A stretch of DNA of 63,639 nt, counting the filler, from Chrysochromulina tobinii (lineage: Eukaryota): the NCBI GenBank assembly GCA_001275005.1. It is 8 parts of 8 records of this genome, joined end to end, with 100 filler letters (N's around TTAATTAATTAA, not from the genome) between each part and the next. Parts side by side here need not be neighbours in the genome. Positions count along the whole stretch, not along the records: positions 1 to 15,936 come from JWZX01000112.1; positions 16,037 to 28,061 come from JWZX01000113.1; 6 more parts are not named here. One strand, written 5' to 3'. The notes under the pieces were generated by a model. That model did not search any database, was not told where the DNA came from, and saw nothing but the letters and a program-made list of their open reading frames with translations. The position numbers and the translations under genes are program-made. Below, piece after piece: positions 12,347-23,000 of this stretch (within the stretch, counting starts at the first letter, position 1; every line of letters starts with the position of its first letter).

Positions 12347-13969
12347 ATGGGATCGGCCACAACGCTGCGGCAGCTCGAAGCGCTCATCAGCAGCGTTCGC
12401 ACTGGCGAGCTGAGCCCTAGAGCGCCCACATCAAACGGCGCCTCGGGAGACGACATCAGTGAGGAGTCGTCGCCTCGTGGTCGATTGCTCGCTCGCTTCG
12501 CGTCCATTGCCGCCTGCACTGCTTCTCGTGACCACGACGCTGCCTTTGGCGAGGACGTGCCCCTCGCCGAGCGGCACGCGATGCAGGTCGGGAATGCGGT
12601 GACATCGATGCTGAATAAGTGCCGTCGCTATGGCGCATGCCTCGCCTGCACGCTCAACCCGTGCATTTGCACCCAGATGCCGCCGCTGGCGCTGTCGCAC
12701 CGCCTCTGGGTGGTGACGCACTGCAAGGAGGTGCTGCGCACGACCGCGACAGGCAAACTGCTTCTGCTCGCCCATCCGCGCGCGACGCTCCTCGTCTCCG
12801 GCCTGCCAGCGCACGATGAGGAGCTCGAGCAGCTGTGCCGCCAGCCGACGACCGCCGTGCTCTACCCGTCTCCCGATGCGCTCACGCCCGCCGCGCTGCT
12901 CGAGCGCGTGGCTCGCATTCCAGCCACGGCCTCACCGGCGTCTGGGGCCAGCGGCAGCAGCGCATCGGAGCAGCAGCCGTCCTCGACGGGTCGAGTGCCG
13001 CCGTCGCCTTGCTTGGACATCGTTCTGCTCGACGGTACTTGGAACCAAGTGCGCCAGATCTTTCGCACCTTACCAGACGCGGTGCCCAAGGTGGTCATCT
13101 CACCCAAGGCCGGATCGGAGCGCAGCGTCTTCGGCACCGCCGTGCGCAAGCAAGGAAAGGCGCGTGAGGAGGCTGGGCGCATCTCCACCATCGAAGCGTA
13201 CGCACAGCAGAGGCGCTCGACCTGAGCGAGGCCGATAGCCACTGATGGCCTCCTGATTGCCAAACCGCGTATGGCCTCCTGATTGCCAATCCGCCGATGG
13301 CCTCCTGATTGCCAAACCGCCGATGGCCTCCTGATTGCCAAACCGTCGATGGCCTCCTGATTGCCTATCCGCCGATGGCCTGATTCCCAGTCCACTGATG
13401 GCGTCTCGTTCGCCTCCGATATCAGGTATGCACAGCTGGCTCTCGACCTCGGCGATGCCGCCGACGTCGTCGAGCCGCTCAGCGGCTACCTTGAAACGTT
13501 TATCGCGGAGATGCCACTCAACCGACCGTTGGAGGCCAGAATTCCGCAGGTGAGTGGCGAGCTCCAGCCAAAGTCGCCGACCGACCCGTACCGTCGTCGC
13601 GCGCGGGGCTTGGGCCATGCCCTCGGCAAGGGGCCCATGAGCGTGCGAGGTCGCGATCTGATCAGCAGCTTGTTCCGCGAGCAGCCGCGAGTGTGGGGCG
13701 TGTCGCTGCACTGGCAGCTACACGAGCGAGGACCGGACGCGATGGAGACTGAGGCCGCGCTCATTGCCTCGGGGCCTCTTAAGACCGAGGGCGCGGACGG
13801 CGTGAGCCACGTCGAGCACGGCGTCGAGGTCGCTCGGTGGCCACTCTCGCTGCTGCTGCTCGAGACTGGCGGAGAGAAGTTTTGGAACCGTCAGAAGGAT
13901 CAGAAGAAGAAGCGGTACCGCTCCACAACTCGATGGCTCGCAGGGGAGGCGCAGGCTGCGGCGGCGTGA
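12347..13969 (+). CDS. DTW-domain tRNA-uridine aminocarboxypropyltransferase (TapT/DTWD2-like)
   Basis: Motifs CLACTLNPCIC, HCKEVLRTTATGKLL, VLYPSPDA, IVLLDGTWNQ and RISTIEA. One intron at 13198-13425 joins STIEA|YAQLALDLG. Confidence 0.85.
13198..13425 (+). other. Intron starting with a degenerate copy of the downstream exon and filled with ~24-nt repeats (CCGATGGCCTCCTGATTGCCAAA)
   Basis: Intron start GTACGCACAGCAGAGGCGCTCGACCTG versus next exon GTATGCACAGCTGGCTCTCGACCTC; ends GATATCAG. Confidence 0.85.
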
Positions 13970-14323
13970 AGCTTTTGAGTTGCGTGTACGCGCCGTGTTG
14001 CGCGCGTTGCGGCGTAGGAATTCCACAATCCTGACTGACCGACTGACTGTCTCACTTTAACTTCAACTTTAACTGAGGCGAGACTCAGGTGGTACATACA
14101 GCCACTGTGGCGCACCAGCCAAGTAACGCGCCCCGACATGCGACAATCGCTTTTCAAGCTGAAATAACGCATGTTCCGACGGTTCAGTACCGTACCCTCG
14201 TGTACGCCCAGGCCCCAGCCCGAGCATCGTCTCGCAACATTCCTCATTCGGGCCGTACAATCATGTGAACATCAACGCACGGAATGACAGAAACCTTGCA
14301 CAGTCCACACAGTAACACATGCT

Positions 14324-15936
14324 TCAGCAGGGCCAGGTGCCGAGAATCCTCTCCACGATCATGTCGACGCTGAGGTCGTTGCCGAAATTCTCGACGGCTA
14401 CGCGCGCGTCGTCACGACTGAATTCTTTGAAGCCCATTTCCCTCATTTTGCCCATTATTTGGTCCACCTTGGATGAGGGAAATGGGTCGCCGTCGAAGGT
14501 CGCGCCTAATTCGTCTTCGAACCGCTGGAGAGTCGGTGCTGACTCCGAGGTAGAGGAGCGCGAGGTAGAGGAACTCGAGGTGGAGCCACCGGGGCTACCC
14601 AAGGCGGGTTTGGAGACAACCGGCCGATTGGCTGAGTATGGTCGTCCGTAGCTTCGCACACTCGACATCTCAGTACCGTGCGCCTGTGGAGTGGGCACCT
14701 GCCCTTCTGGCACACGCCGGAACAACCATGGCATTTGGTTGCGCATCGACTCCAGTGCCTCGTCGACAGAGATTATGGGCACCCATGACGGCATCGGAGT
14801 TGGGGCATGCTCCGGCTTCACAGGAGCACCAACCATCGGTCCATCCAACCACGGGACACCAACCACCGGGCCACCAACCACCTGTGGGAACTGGGGCGGC
14901 TCAGACGGGGTGGTGATGGGGACTCCTACTGGCAGCGCCGTCACAACTGAGTGAGTCCTCGACGAGCGCTCCGCCCCATTACCGCCGCCACCGCCACCGC
15001 CACCGCCACCGCCACCGCCACCGCCACCGCAGCCGCCGCCGCCGCTGCCGCCGCTGCCGCTGCCGCCGCTGCCACCGCCACCGGCTCTGGGGACCCCAGC
15101 TTCCTCCGCACTCACCGCTGGGGTCGTCATCATCGAGCGCCGCGTGTTGTCGGGACGGCAGCGAAGGCGGCTCATGAAGACGAAAGCAAGTGCGAGAACG
15201 ATGGCGAGGGTGATGGTGATGGGGACTACAAAGCTCGTGGATCCGCTCGTCTCGACAGACGATGCATCTGTCCCCGGTGAAATGGGTGGAGGTGGCGATG
15301 GTTGCGGCGGTGGAGGTGGTGCGACGTCGGCGACAAAAGGTGGCGTCACGACTGCGAGCACGGCGATTGAGATGCCGGTGATGCTCGCGAGCATGGCGGT
15401 CGCGCTGCTTGGGCTGCTCGTCGCGCTGGCCATCATCGACTGCACCGAGGTCGCCGTCACTGTGGTCGTCTGGATGCTCACGTCGATGATGACGCTGCCC
15501 GGCGATACAGCCACCTCCACTGCCGATGGATCGACTCCCGCCCTCGCTGCGATCGCGCTCTTCATCTCGGTCTGTACGCTTGGGGTGAATGAAGAGACGT
15601 CACCGGCGAGCTCGAGGGTGAATCCGACGACGCTCATCGCCGGCGGCGATGGCGAAGGCGATGGCGAAGGCCGCGGTAAGGGCGGCGGTGGCGAGGGCGG
15701 CGGCGGCGGGGGTGGCTGCGGCGAGGAGGGTGGCGGCGGCGATGGTGGTGGCAGCGATGGTAGTGGCGGTTGGGAGATTGAAGGCGACGGCGGCGAAGGC
15801 GGCGGCGAAGGCGAAGGCGGCGGCAGTGGCAATGGTGGTGGCGGGTGGGACGGCGGCGGCGGCGGCGGCGGTGGCCGCGATGGCAGCGGCGGCGGGGAGG
15901 GCGATGGCGGCGGCGGCGGCGGCGGCGGCGGTGGCG
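14324..15936 (-). CDS. Single-pass membrane protein, 5'-truncated: Pro/Ser stalk, SEA-like module, TM helix, Gly-rich linker, C-terminal UBA-like domain
   Basis: PPPSPPP repeats; VVGFTLELAGDVSSF…VEVAVSPGSVIIDVSI; TM FVVPITITLAIVLALAFVFM followed by RLR; C-terminal IMGKMREMGFKEFSRDDARVAVENFGNDL (MGF loop of UBA). Confidence 0.7.
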
Positions 15937-16036
15937 NNNNNNNNNNNNNNNNNNNNNNNNNNNNNNNNNNNNNNNNNNNNTTAATTAATTAANNNNNNNN
16001 NNNNNNNNNNNNNNNNNNNNNNNNNNNNNNNNNNNN
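15937..16036. other. Artificial contig spacer (N44-TTAATTAATTAA-N44). Identical spacers at 28062-28161, 44327-44426, 53935-54034, 56269-56368, 59113-59212 and 62295-62394
   Basis: Seven identical 100-nt N blocks with a central linker that has stops in all frames. Adjacent contigs are therefore not genomically linked. Confidence 0.98.
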
Positions 16037-16141
16037 TCCCCGCGCGTGACACAGCAGCAGAGCGGCGCGCGAAGGCGCGACGAAACCCTATCAGTGGGCT
16101 TATACAACTTTGCACGCACAGGAGATGTCGCGATCTACAAC

Positions 16142-17284
16142 ATGGCGACTACTCTAACTCTGGCTGCGGATGCGCAGGCAGCAGCTATGGCTGGGAATGG
16201 TGCGAACGGCGAGAGGCGCGCCGCCTTTGCAAGCGAGAGGCGTGCCGCCTTTGCAAACTCGTTGACGGACGAGGAACCGCGGGCCGAGCGCAATTCTGAG
16301 CGCCGCCAGCAGCCGACGCCCCCAGCATCACTGCAGCAATCTCAACGCCAACAGGCAGTGCTGCAGCAAGCCCTACGCCCACCGGTCGTCGAAGAGTTCA
16401 TGTTTCGCGGCTCGTACACGACGGAGGAGTGCGCCATCTGCTTCGACGAGGTGCACCTGCGCAGGACTTCCTGCAAGCACGCCTTCTGCGAGGAATGCCT
16501 GGTGAAGTACGTGCACACCTGGGTGGTGAACGAGGCCAGAGGCCTGGCTAAGTGGCCGCTACGCTGCCCCGTGTGCCGCGTGGGGCTCACTCCATTCGAC
16601 GTGCCCGCGCGGGCACGGCACCTGATGGTGCGGCGCGAGCTGGTTCAGCCGAACGCCGCCGACGCCTCCGACGCCGGCGGTGCCGGCGGCGTCGGCGTCG
16701 GCGGGCGTGGGCCACTGCAGCCTCCACAGTTCCTGGAAGAGGTGGGCACAGAGCTGTCGCTGAAGGCCTGCATCTGCTGCTGCATCTCGGTTGGCCAGCT
16801 GATCACGCACGCGGCTCGCTGCCACTACTCTCTGTGCGTGCTCGTGGCGCTCTTCCTATGGGCCCTCGTGCTCGCGGCCCTCGCCTTTGACGGCGCTGTG
16901 AGTGTCATCGACGTACCGAATCAGGTCGTGGCCAATCGCACGGCGGGGACGGCTGGCGGTGCGCAGAATCTCTTCCGCCAGGCAGTGGACTCGGAGCAGG
17001 AGGCCTGGCAGCTGGAGGTGGCCCTCCGCCTGTGCAGCTACGTGGCCGTGATCGTCGCCTGGTGCGCAGCAACCTGCCTGCTAGAAACCGCGCGTCGCTA
17101 CTACCGCTTCAGCCGTTCATCGCTGCCTCCCAGCTGCTGCGTGCCATGCTTGGCCGCCTCCCTCCTGCATCGCCTCGGACTCCACGACTCAACTTATGTT
17201 TTGGCACGACCGCTGAGCGCCTCGCGCCATCCCATCCCGCGCCCGCCGCGTCGTGCCCCCCGCCAAATCCCGACAGCCGTATAA
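16142..17284 (+). CDS. C3HC4 RING-finger protein with C-terminal Cys-rich transmembrane region
   Basis: RING: CAICFDEVHLRRTSCKHAFCEECL…CPVCR. Later CICCCISVGQL, two hydrophobic helices and CCVPCLAASLL. No intron needed. Confidence 0.8.
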   Translation: MATTLTLAADAQAAAMAGNGANGERRAAFASERRAAFANSLTDEEPRAERNSERRQQPTPPASLQQSQRQQAVLQQALRPPVVEEFMFRGSYTTEECAICFDEVHLRRTSCKHAFCEECLVKYVHTWVVNEARGLAKWPLRCPVCRVGLTPFDVPARARHLMVRRELVQPNAADASDAGGAGGVGVGGRGPLQPPQFLEEVGTELSLKACICCCISVGQLITHAARCHYSLCVLVALFLWALVLAALAFDGAVSVIDVPNQVVANRTAGTAGGAQNLFRQAVDSEQEAWQLEVALRLCSYVAVIVAWCAATCLLETARRYYRFSRSSLPPSCCVPCLAASLLHRLGLHDSTYVLARPLSASRHPIPRPPRRAPRQIPTAV

Positions 17285-17733
17285 CAGCCGTAGCCTAGTC
17301 ACGGGGTCCGGCCGCCATGTGCTGTCACATGGCTCTACGTTACGCCTAGTGCTCGCTTACACAGCGGTTGTCGATCGCCCACCCGCGCGCCCCGCCCGGC
17401 GGGGCTTAACCCCGGCCGCGCAGAAGCGGCCGGGCTGGCGGGTTGATGCGGTTAGGTTTCCGGCCGAGCCAAGCGAGCCGCAGCTAGAATAAAGCTAGAA
17501 AAGCTGTGAGCTTTTAAGTTTTTTATTTGGAAATCGCCAACCTAGAGATAGAGAGATTTGTAACGCGTCACACATTGTGGACCCGGACGTTGGCCTGTGT
17601 GTCGCCTCGTGCACACGTCGCGCACGGTCCCGGCGACACCGCCGTAGCGCGAGACACGCAATCCGCGTACACGCACCAGTCCACCATGCTCGGAGATGAG
17701 CACGCTCACGCTAGGCTATACTCTGTGGGGCGG

Positions 17734-18519
17734 CTAGTCCTCGGTGATGTCGGCAAAAATGGGCGGCCGGCCAGCTTGTTCATACACGAGCTTGGTCATC
17801 AACTCAGTCACGTCCACTCGCATCTTGAGGTCAACCTCGCCCCCCCCGAGCCAAAGCTGCGCGTCGGGTAGGCTCTTGAGCTTATGGGAGAGGAGCACAG
17901 GCACAGGATGCGCCATCCCGAGCGGCGTCACCGCATTGTGCGGGTAGCCCGACAGGCTATCCGAGATCTCCGGGCTCACCATCCGGATCGAGTATTGCTT
18001 CTTGCCGACAGCCTTAGCACCCTCCATTGCACGCACCGCGTCGTGCATCTTCTCCTTGTTGAGCTTGGAGCCGGCGTACTGGAGGACGAAACAGACGTAC
18101 TTGATGCGACCAGCGGCGGCCGCCTCTTCGGGTGTCAGCTTCGTGTTCTCCATGATCATACTCTTGCACAGCTGCTGCACCGATGAAGCGCCGAGCACAT
18201 CGCGCCGCCACGGCAACTCCTGCTCGTAGTAGTCGGACCGCACACGCCAAAACATGGCGCTGCTCAAACCGAGGCGTTTGGCCTCATCCATGACGCGCGC
18301 CTGCACGGGCGTCACCTCCTGCGCAACCTGGCACGCTGCGATTTCGGCCGCGGCCAGCTTGGGCGGCTCGTCCAGCGGCACCCTGGCCACCGTGACGCCC
18401 GCTGCAGAGGCCTTGGGCGGCGCTGTGGGCGCCGCGGGCCTGGCTGCGGCACCTGGCGGGTTCTTGGGATCTCTCGGCTCCTTGGGCGCTTTGGGCTCCT
18501 TTCCTGCATTCGGCTCCAT
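17734..18519 (-). CDS. YbaK/prolyl-tRNA-editing-like domain protein (start uncertain; ORF open to 18753)
   Basis: QLCKSMIMENT, LSGYPHNAVTPLG and LWLGGGEVDLKMRV resemble eukaryotic YbaK/aminoacyl-tRNA synthetase-associated domain proteins. Confidence 0.75.
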   Translation of the reverse strand: MEPNAGKEPKAPKEPRDPKNPPGAAARPAAPTAPPKASAAGVTVARVPLDEPPKLAAAEIAACQVAQEVTPVQARVMDEAKRLGLSSAMFWRVRSDYYEQELPWRRDVLGASSVQQLCKSMIMENTKLTPEEAAAAGRIKYVCFVLQYAGSKLNKEKMHDAVRAMEGAKAVGKKQYSIRMVSPEISDSLSGYPHNAVTPLGMAHPVPVLLSHKLKSLPDAQLWLGGGEVDLKMRVDVTELMTKLVYEQAGRPPIFADITED

Positions 18520-18848
18520 GGAGACATGAGGCGGAGCGGCTAAGTCAGAAGCGGCGGTCTCAGTCTTGTCGGAGGCGGCGATGGCCGGAAACTCGTCGGT
18601 AACCTCGATTCGTCCAAAGGAAAGAGAGCCGCCTGGTGGCCAGGCGCAGTTGGACGGTTTGGGCACGCATTCAGAGGCCGATGAATGTGGAGGCCACGAA
18701 TAGCTTGGCATGCGTGAGAGCAGCGAGAAACCAATGGGCTGTGAACAGCTCAACAGAAGTTTTTTTGGTCAAAAGTCCCCCCACTTGCCTGGGGCCGGGT
18801 CGAGGACGGTTACCCTGAACTTACATCCCAAAACTCCCTGCGTGCTGC

Positions 18849-19838
18849 TCACGCCTCGTCCCGAGCATCTCGCACGGCGCCGCCGGGTCGGAGCAGTCGC
18901 GGCCTCGGCGGCATATTCCCGTCGCGCTTCCCCTGAGCTGCCTTGCCATCGGCTTGCCCTCGGCTGCTCTCGGCCCTCTCGCGAGGCGAGGAGGCGTCTC
19001 GACCCGAATCTCCAGCGACCTCCCGTGTCGAGGTCGAGGTCTGTGTCAGAGGCGGCGGTGACGGTAGCGTCGCCGCCCTGGTGGTGGCCGTTGCGCTCGG
19101 CGATGGCGCCGCGGCCGCGTCGCCGCCCGCGCCGGCGCCGCCGCTGCTGCTAGCGACCACGGACGTGGCAGCAGCCTTGGCGGCGGCGATGGCGGCTTCG
19201 CGCGCACTCTTATGGATCTTGAAGCCAAAGATGCGCGGCACGTAGCTGCTCACTGGGGGCGTGGGCACCAGCTCCCAATAGCTCTGCAGGAACAGGTGGC
19301 AGAACGACGTGCCAAAGTACGCGCCGTCCACGTTGGCCTGGCGCGACGAGCGTGGGTAAAAGATGTCCTGGCAGCGCGGGCAAAAGATCTTGGTGGTGTG
19401 CATGCGTGGCAGGTCGCTCTGGCCGACGGGCAGTGCCGGCTGGCCCTGGCAGTGCACGCGTGGGCATCGCCCAAAGTGGCAGTGCTTGAACTTCTCGAGC
19501 ATCGCAGCCATGCCGAGCGGCGTGATGATGTAGCGCGCGTGGATCAGCCCGTAAAGCAGCTCGGCGGCGGACTCGATGGACTCCTGCTGCTCCTTGGAGA
19601 AGTTGGCGGTCGCGAGGCTCTCCGCGTCCATCACGGTGTCGAGCGCGTACTCGTAGTACGGCACCTGTGCGGACAGGCCGGTGAGGTTGAAGTCGTCCTG
19701 CATAAACTCGGCGTCAACCTCAGCGAAGAACTCGTTGCCCTTGAGCGAGCAGAACCACTGGACCCACGAGCTGTCGCCATCTGAACCGCTGGCCTCCGAG
19801 GGCTCTTCCTCCGGCTCCGGCTTGGCCTGGCGCAGCAT
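18849..19838 (-). CDS. CKB: Casein kinase II regulatory subunit beta with low-complexity C-terminal extension
   Basis: [19 protein letters not shown]…QDDFNLTGL…[15 protein letters not shown]…FGRCPRVHC…[10 protein letters not shown]…DGAYFGTSF…[11 protein letters not shown]. Intronless. Confidence 0.96.
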   Translation of the reverse strand: MLRQAKPEPEEEPSEASGSDGDSSWVQWFCSLKGNEFFAEVDAEFMQDDFNLTGLSAQVPYYEYALDTVMDAESLATANFSKEQQESIESAAELLYGLIHARYIITPLGMAAMLEKFKHCHFGRCPRVHCQGQPALPVGQSDLPRMHTTKIFCPRCQDIFYPRSSRQANVDGAYFGTSFCHLFLQSYWELVPTPPVSSYVPRIFGFKIHKSAREAAIAAAKAAATSVVASSSGGAGAGGDAAAAPSPSATATTRAATLPSPPPLTQTSTSTREVAGDSGRDASSPRERAESSRGQADGKAAQGKRDGNMPPRPRLLRPGGAVRDARDEA

Positions 19839-20009
19839 CGTGGGCGCTTGCGTCAGCGCCGCACCTGGAATCCCCGCTAATGCGCAACTTCCGTTGCACA
19901 CCAAATGGATGTGCGGGTCATTGCGGTTGTCTCCCGCTGCGGCGTGAGACGGTTTCACTTTGCCACGGCTCATTCCTCACGCTCCCGGTTTGCTAGCCCA
20001 GGCTCTAAG

Positions 20010-23000
20010 ATGACGGTGCTCTCGACACGCACCGCTGCTGACGTGCACCGTGAGCGGCAGCGGCGCAAAGCTGAGGCGGACGCGCTGTCGGCGGATGGCG
20101 CCGCCGCCTCCAGTGCCACTTCCGACCGGCGCTCCTCGATTGTGCCCAAGTCGCACGAGCGCCGGCCCATCCGGCTGCTGCACGCCTTCGGCTCGCAGAG
20201 CGCGGACATTGGCAGCGCGGTGCTGCTCGATGACAACAATGTGCTGCACCGCTGCGGCCGTTGGCTTGTCTCGCAGGAGATCGACGCGACTGCCGTGCCC
20301 ACGAAGCTCTCGCCGATGGACTTCTTCCTCGAGCTCAGCCCGCAGGTGAGCCGGATCACGGCGATGAGCATGGCGGGGAACCACAAGTACGTGGCCGTGG
20401 GCGAGGTGTGCGACGAACCGCCCGGCGCCGCGCCGCAGCTACGCATCGTGCACCTGCAGGCGCGCCGCACGATGGTGGTGCTCTCGGCGGCACTCGACGG
20501 AGAGTTTGTGGGCTGCGCCTTCTCATCGGACAGCAAGCACGTGCTCGCGTGGACGGGCGCTCCCGAGCACGTGGTGGTCGTGTGGCAGTGGCAGGAGGAG
20601 CGGCCGGTGGGCATGTACCGCTCGCGCAACGCCCTCAGCCGCGTCCTCTTCAACCCGGCGACCGCGACGCTGCTCTCGCTCTGCAGCCCGATGCGCCTCG
20701 CCAGACTCAACGACTCGGGCCACTTCAAGGAGATTGAGGTCTCGACCCTGAAGCGGTACGGGTCCACCTGCCCTGACCACTGCTGGCTAGCGGCCAAGGC
20801 TCTCGTCTTCCTCGACGGGGCCGGCGCGTGCCGTGTGGTCGAGGACTCGACACCAAAGCAGACGATTGCATGCCGCCATCCGGCCTTCCCGCCCACTACG
20901 CTGCAGCCGCTCTCCAAGCAGCATGGATGGCTCGCCGGGTGCGCCGACGGTCAGGTACTCTGCTACCTCAAGCCCGAAGACGGTGCCGAGTACGCGCTCG
21001 CGTGCTGTGTGCGTGGCCCGGCGGGCATGGGGCCAGTGCGCGCTCTACATGTGGGCGAGACCGAGCGCCACTTGCTTGTGCACTGTGCCCAAATCTGTGT
21101 GCTGCCGCTCCGGGAGGCGCTCGCTCGTGCCAAGCGGACTTCGACCGAAGGCGCCGGCGATGACGAGGCCGCAGTGGAGAGGCCAACGACGGGCGGCGGC
21201 CACAGCTTCAGGTTCAGGGCTGCAGGGCAGCAACTGCAGAGCGCCGTCCCGAGCGCAGTCGAGTCCGTTGGCGACGGTCGTTACGAGCCGTTGCTCGAGT
21301 CCGCGCACACCGCGCGCATCATCGGTCTCTCCGCCGCCGTCGCCAAGCCTCTGCTCGCCTCATGTGCCGAAGACCAGACGTTACGCGTGTGGGACCTGCA
21401 GCGCCACGTGTGCCAGTTCGTCGCGAGGCTGCCGGAGCAGCCCCAGGCCGTCTCCTTCCATCCGGACGGCATGCAGCTCGCTCTGTGCCTCGACACGCGC
21501 ATCTCGCTGTACCACGTGGCGATGAGTGGGCTGCTCGCGTGGCGCGACCTGCACAATCCTCAAGGCAAGTGCATCGCGTACTCGCACGGAGGCCATCTGC
21601 TGGCCGCCTCCTCGGGCAACCACGTGCTCGTGTTTGAGGCGTACTCGCTCACGCGCATCGGCTACCTTTCGGGTCACCTCGCGCCCATCACGGCGCTCGC
21701 CTGGGCGGCCGATGACGCCGCATTCAGCACTGGCGGCGCGGATGGCATGGTGTACACGTGGTCGTGCGAGGGCGCGGTGCGCGTAGGCCTCCTCTGATCT
21801 CTCTCAGACACATTCACTGAGTGCCTCTGTGAAGGCCCTCTGTGAAGGCCCTCTGTGAAGGCCTCTCTGAAGGCCTCTCTGAAGGCCTCTCTGAATGCGT
21901 TCTCTGAGTGCCGACCCGTTGGCAGGTACGCCGGGTGCACGAGTGCCGCCTGTACAAGGACGCTATCGTCTCAGCGATCTCTATCCTTTCCGTGACGCGT
22001 CTTGATGGTGCCGACGCCGACGAGGCGGGAGGCTCGCGCCCGATGACACCCGCTGTTTTGAGCGCCTTGGCGACGGCGGCAAGCCGACCGCGTGAGTATT
22101 CGGTGCTCGTCGTGGGCGGGGAGCCGCGCGGCGAACATGCGGACGACGGCGCCAAGGGCGGCGGCGGCGGCCGCTCGAGTCCGCCGTCGCCTTCGGGCAA
22201 GCCAGCGCGCAACCCGCAGTGCTGTCTTCGCCTCGTCGAGTGCAATGCGTCGTCACGGGACCGTAACGACGTACAGCATGAGCTGCTGATGCCGGGGGAG
22301 ACGCCACTTTCGATGGTGTGCACGCTGCCCTCATGCCGCGTGGCGCTCGTGGGTGCCGTCGATGGCGCCGTCTTCACGGTGAGCCTTGGGCGTGAAGACG
22401 GGCCGGTCGCAGACAAGCTCCGCCCACGTGGCCAACCGGTGCGGCCGCACGCGGGGGCTGTGAGCGCCCTAGCTTCCACAGCGGACGAGCTCCTCCTCTT
22501 CTCGGGAGGGGCGGATGGCTCCGTCTTCGTCTATCAGCGCGCCGAGGTCGTCGAGGCGGAGCGTGAGAGGCTCGAAGTGCTCAAGGGCCAAGGGGGCACC
22601 TCCAACACCAAGCCGATGGGCACCTCTGACACCGGCAGCTCGTCGAGGGGGGAGGTGCCCTCAAGGGGGGTGGTGCCCGAGGAGCTACGCTACACGGACG
22701 TGCAGTGCGTCTCTCGCGAGCAACTCGAGCTGTCGAGCATGGCTTTGAGCGAGGCACGCGCCAATTATGCGTACCTCGAGACGAATGCGAAGACAGAGCT
22801 GCAGCGACTGGAGTCGCTGATGGCGACGGCGATGGCGTCCAAGGCACACGAGCAGACGGAGGCCCTTGCGGCGGCGGAGAGGCGCGCGCGCGCCCTCGCC
22901 GCCGAGCACAACACAGCGATAGCCTCGATGCAATCTCGCTTCGCAGATTTCGCAGCCAAGCTGGAGGAGAAGCGGCGGGCGCAGCAGAGTCACCTTGAGT

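Noticed and set aside
15937..16036. TTAATTAATTAA as a biological motif, and gene neighbourhoods across N-blocks
   Set aside because: It is an identical artificial linker at all seven gaps, so cross-gap synteny is meaningless.
12347..18519. tRNA-modification/editing cluster (DTW + YbaK)
   Set aside because: The two genes are on different contigs separated by an artificial spacer.
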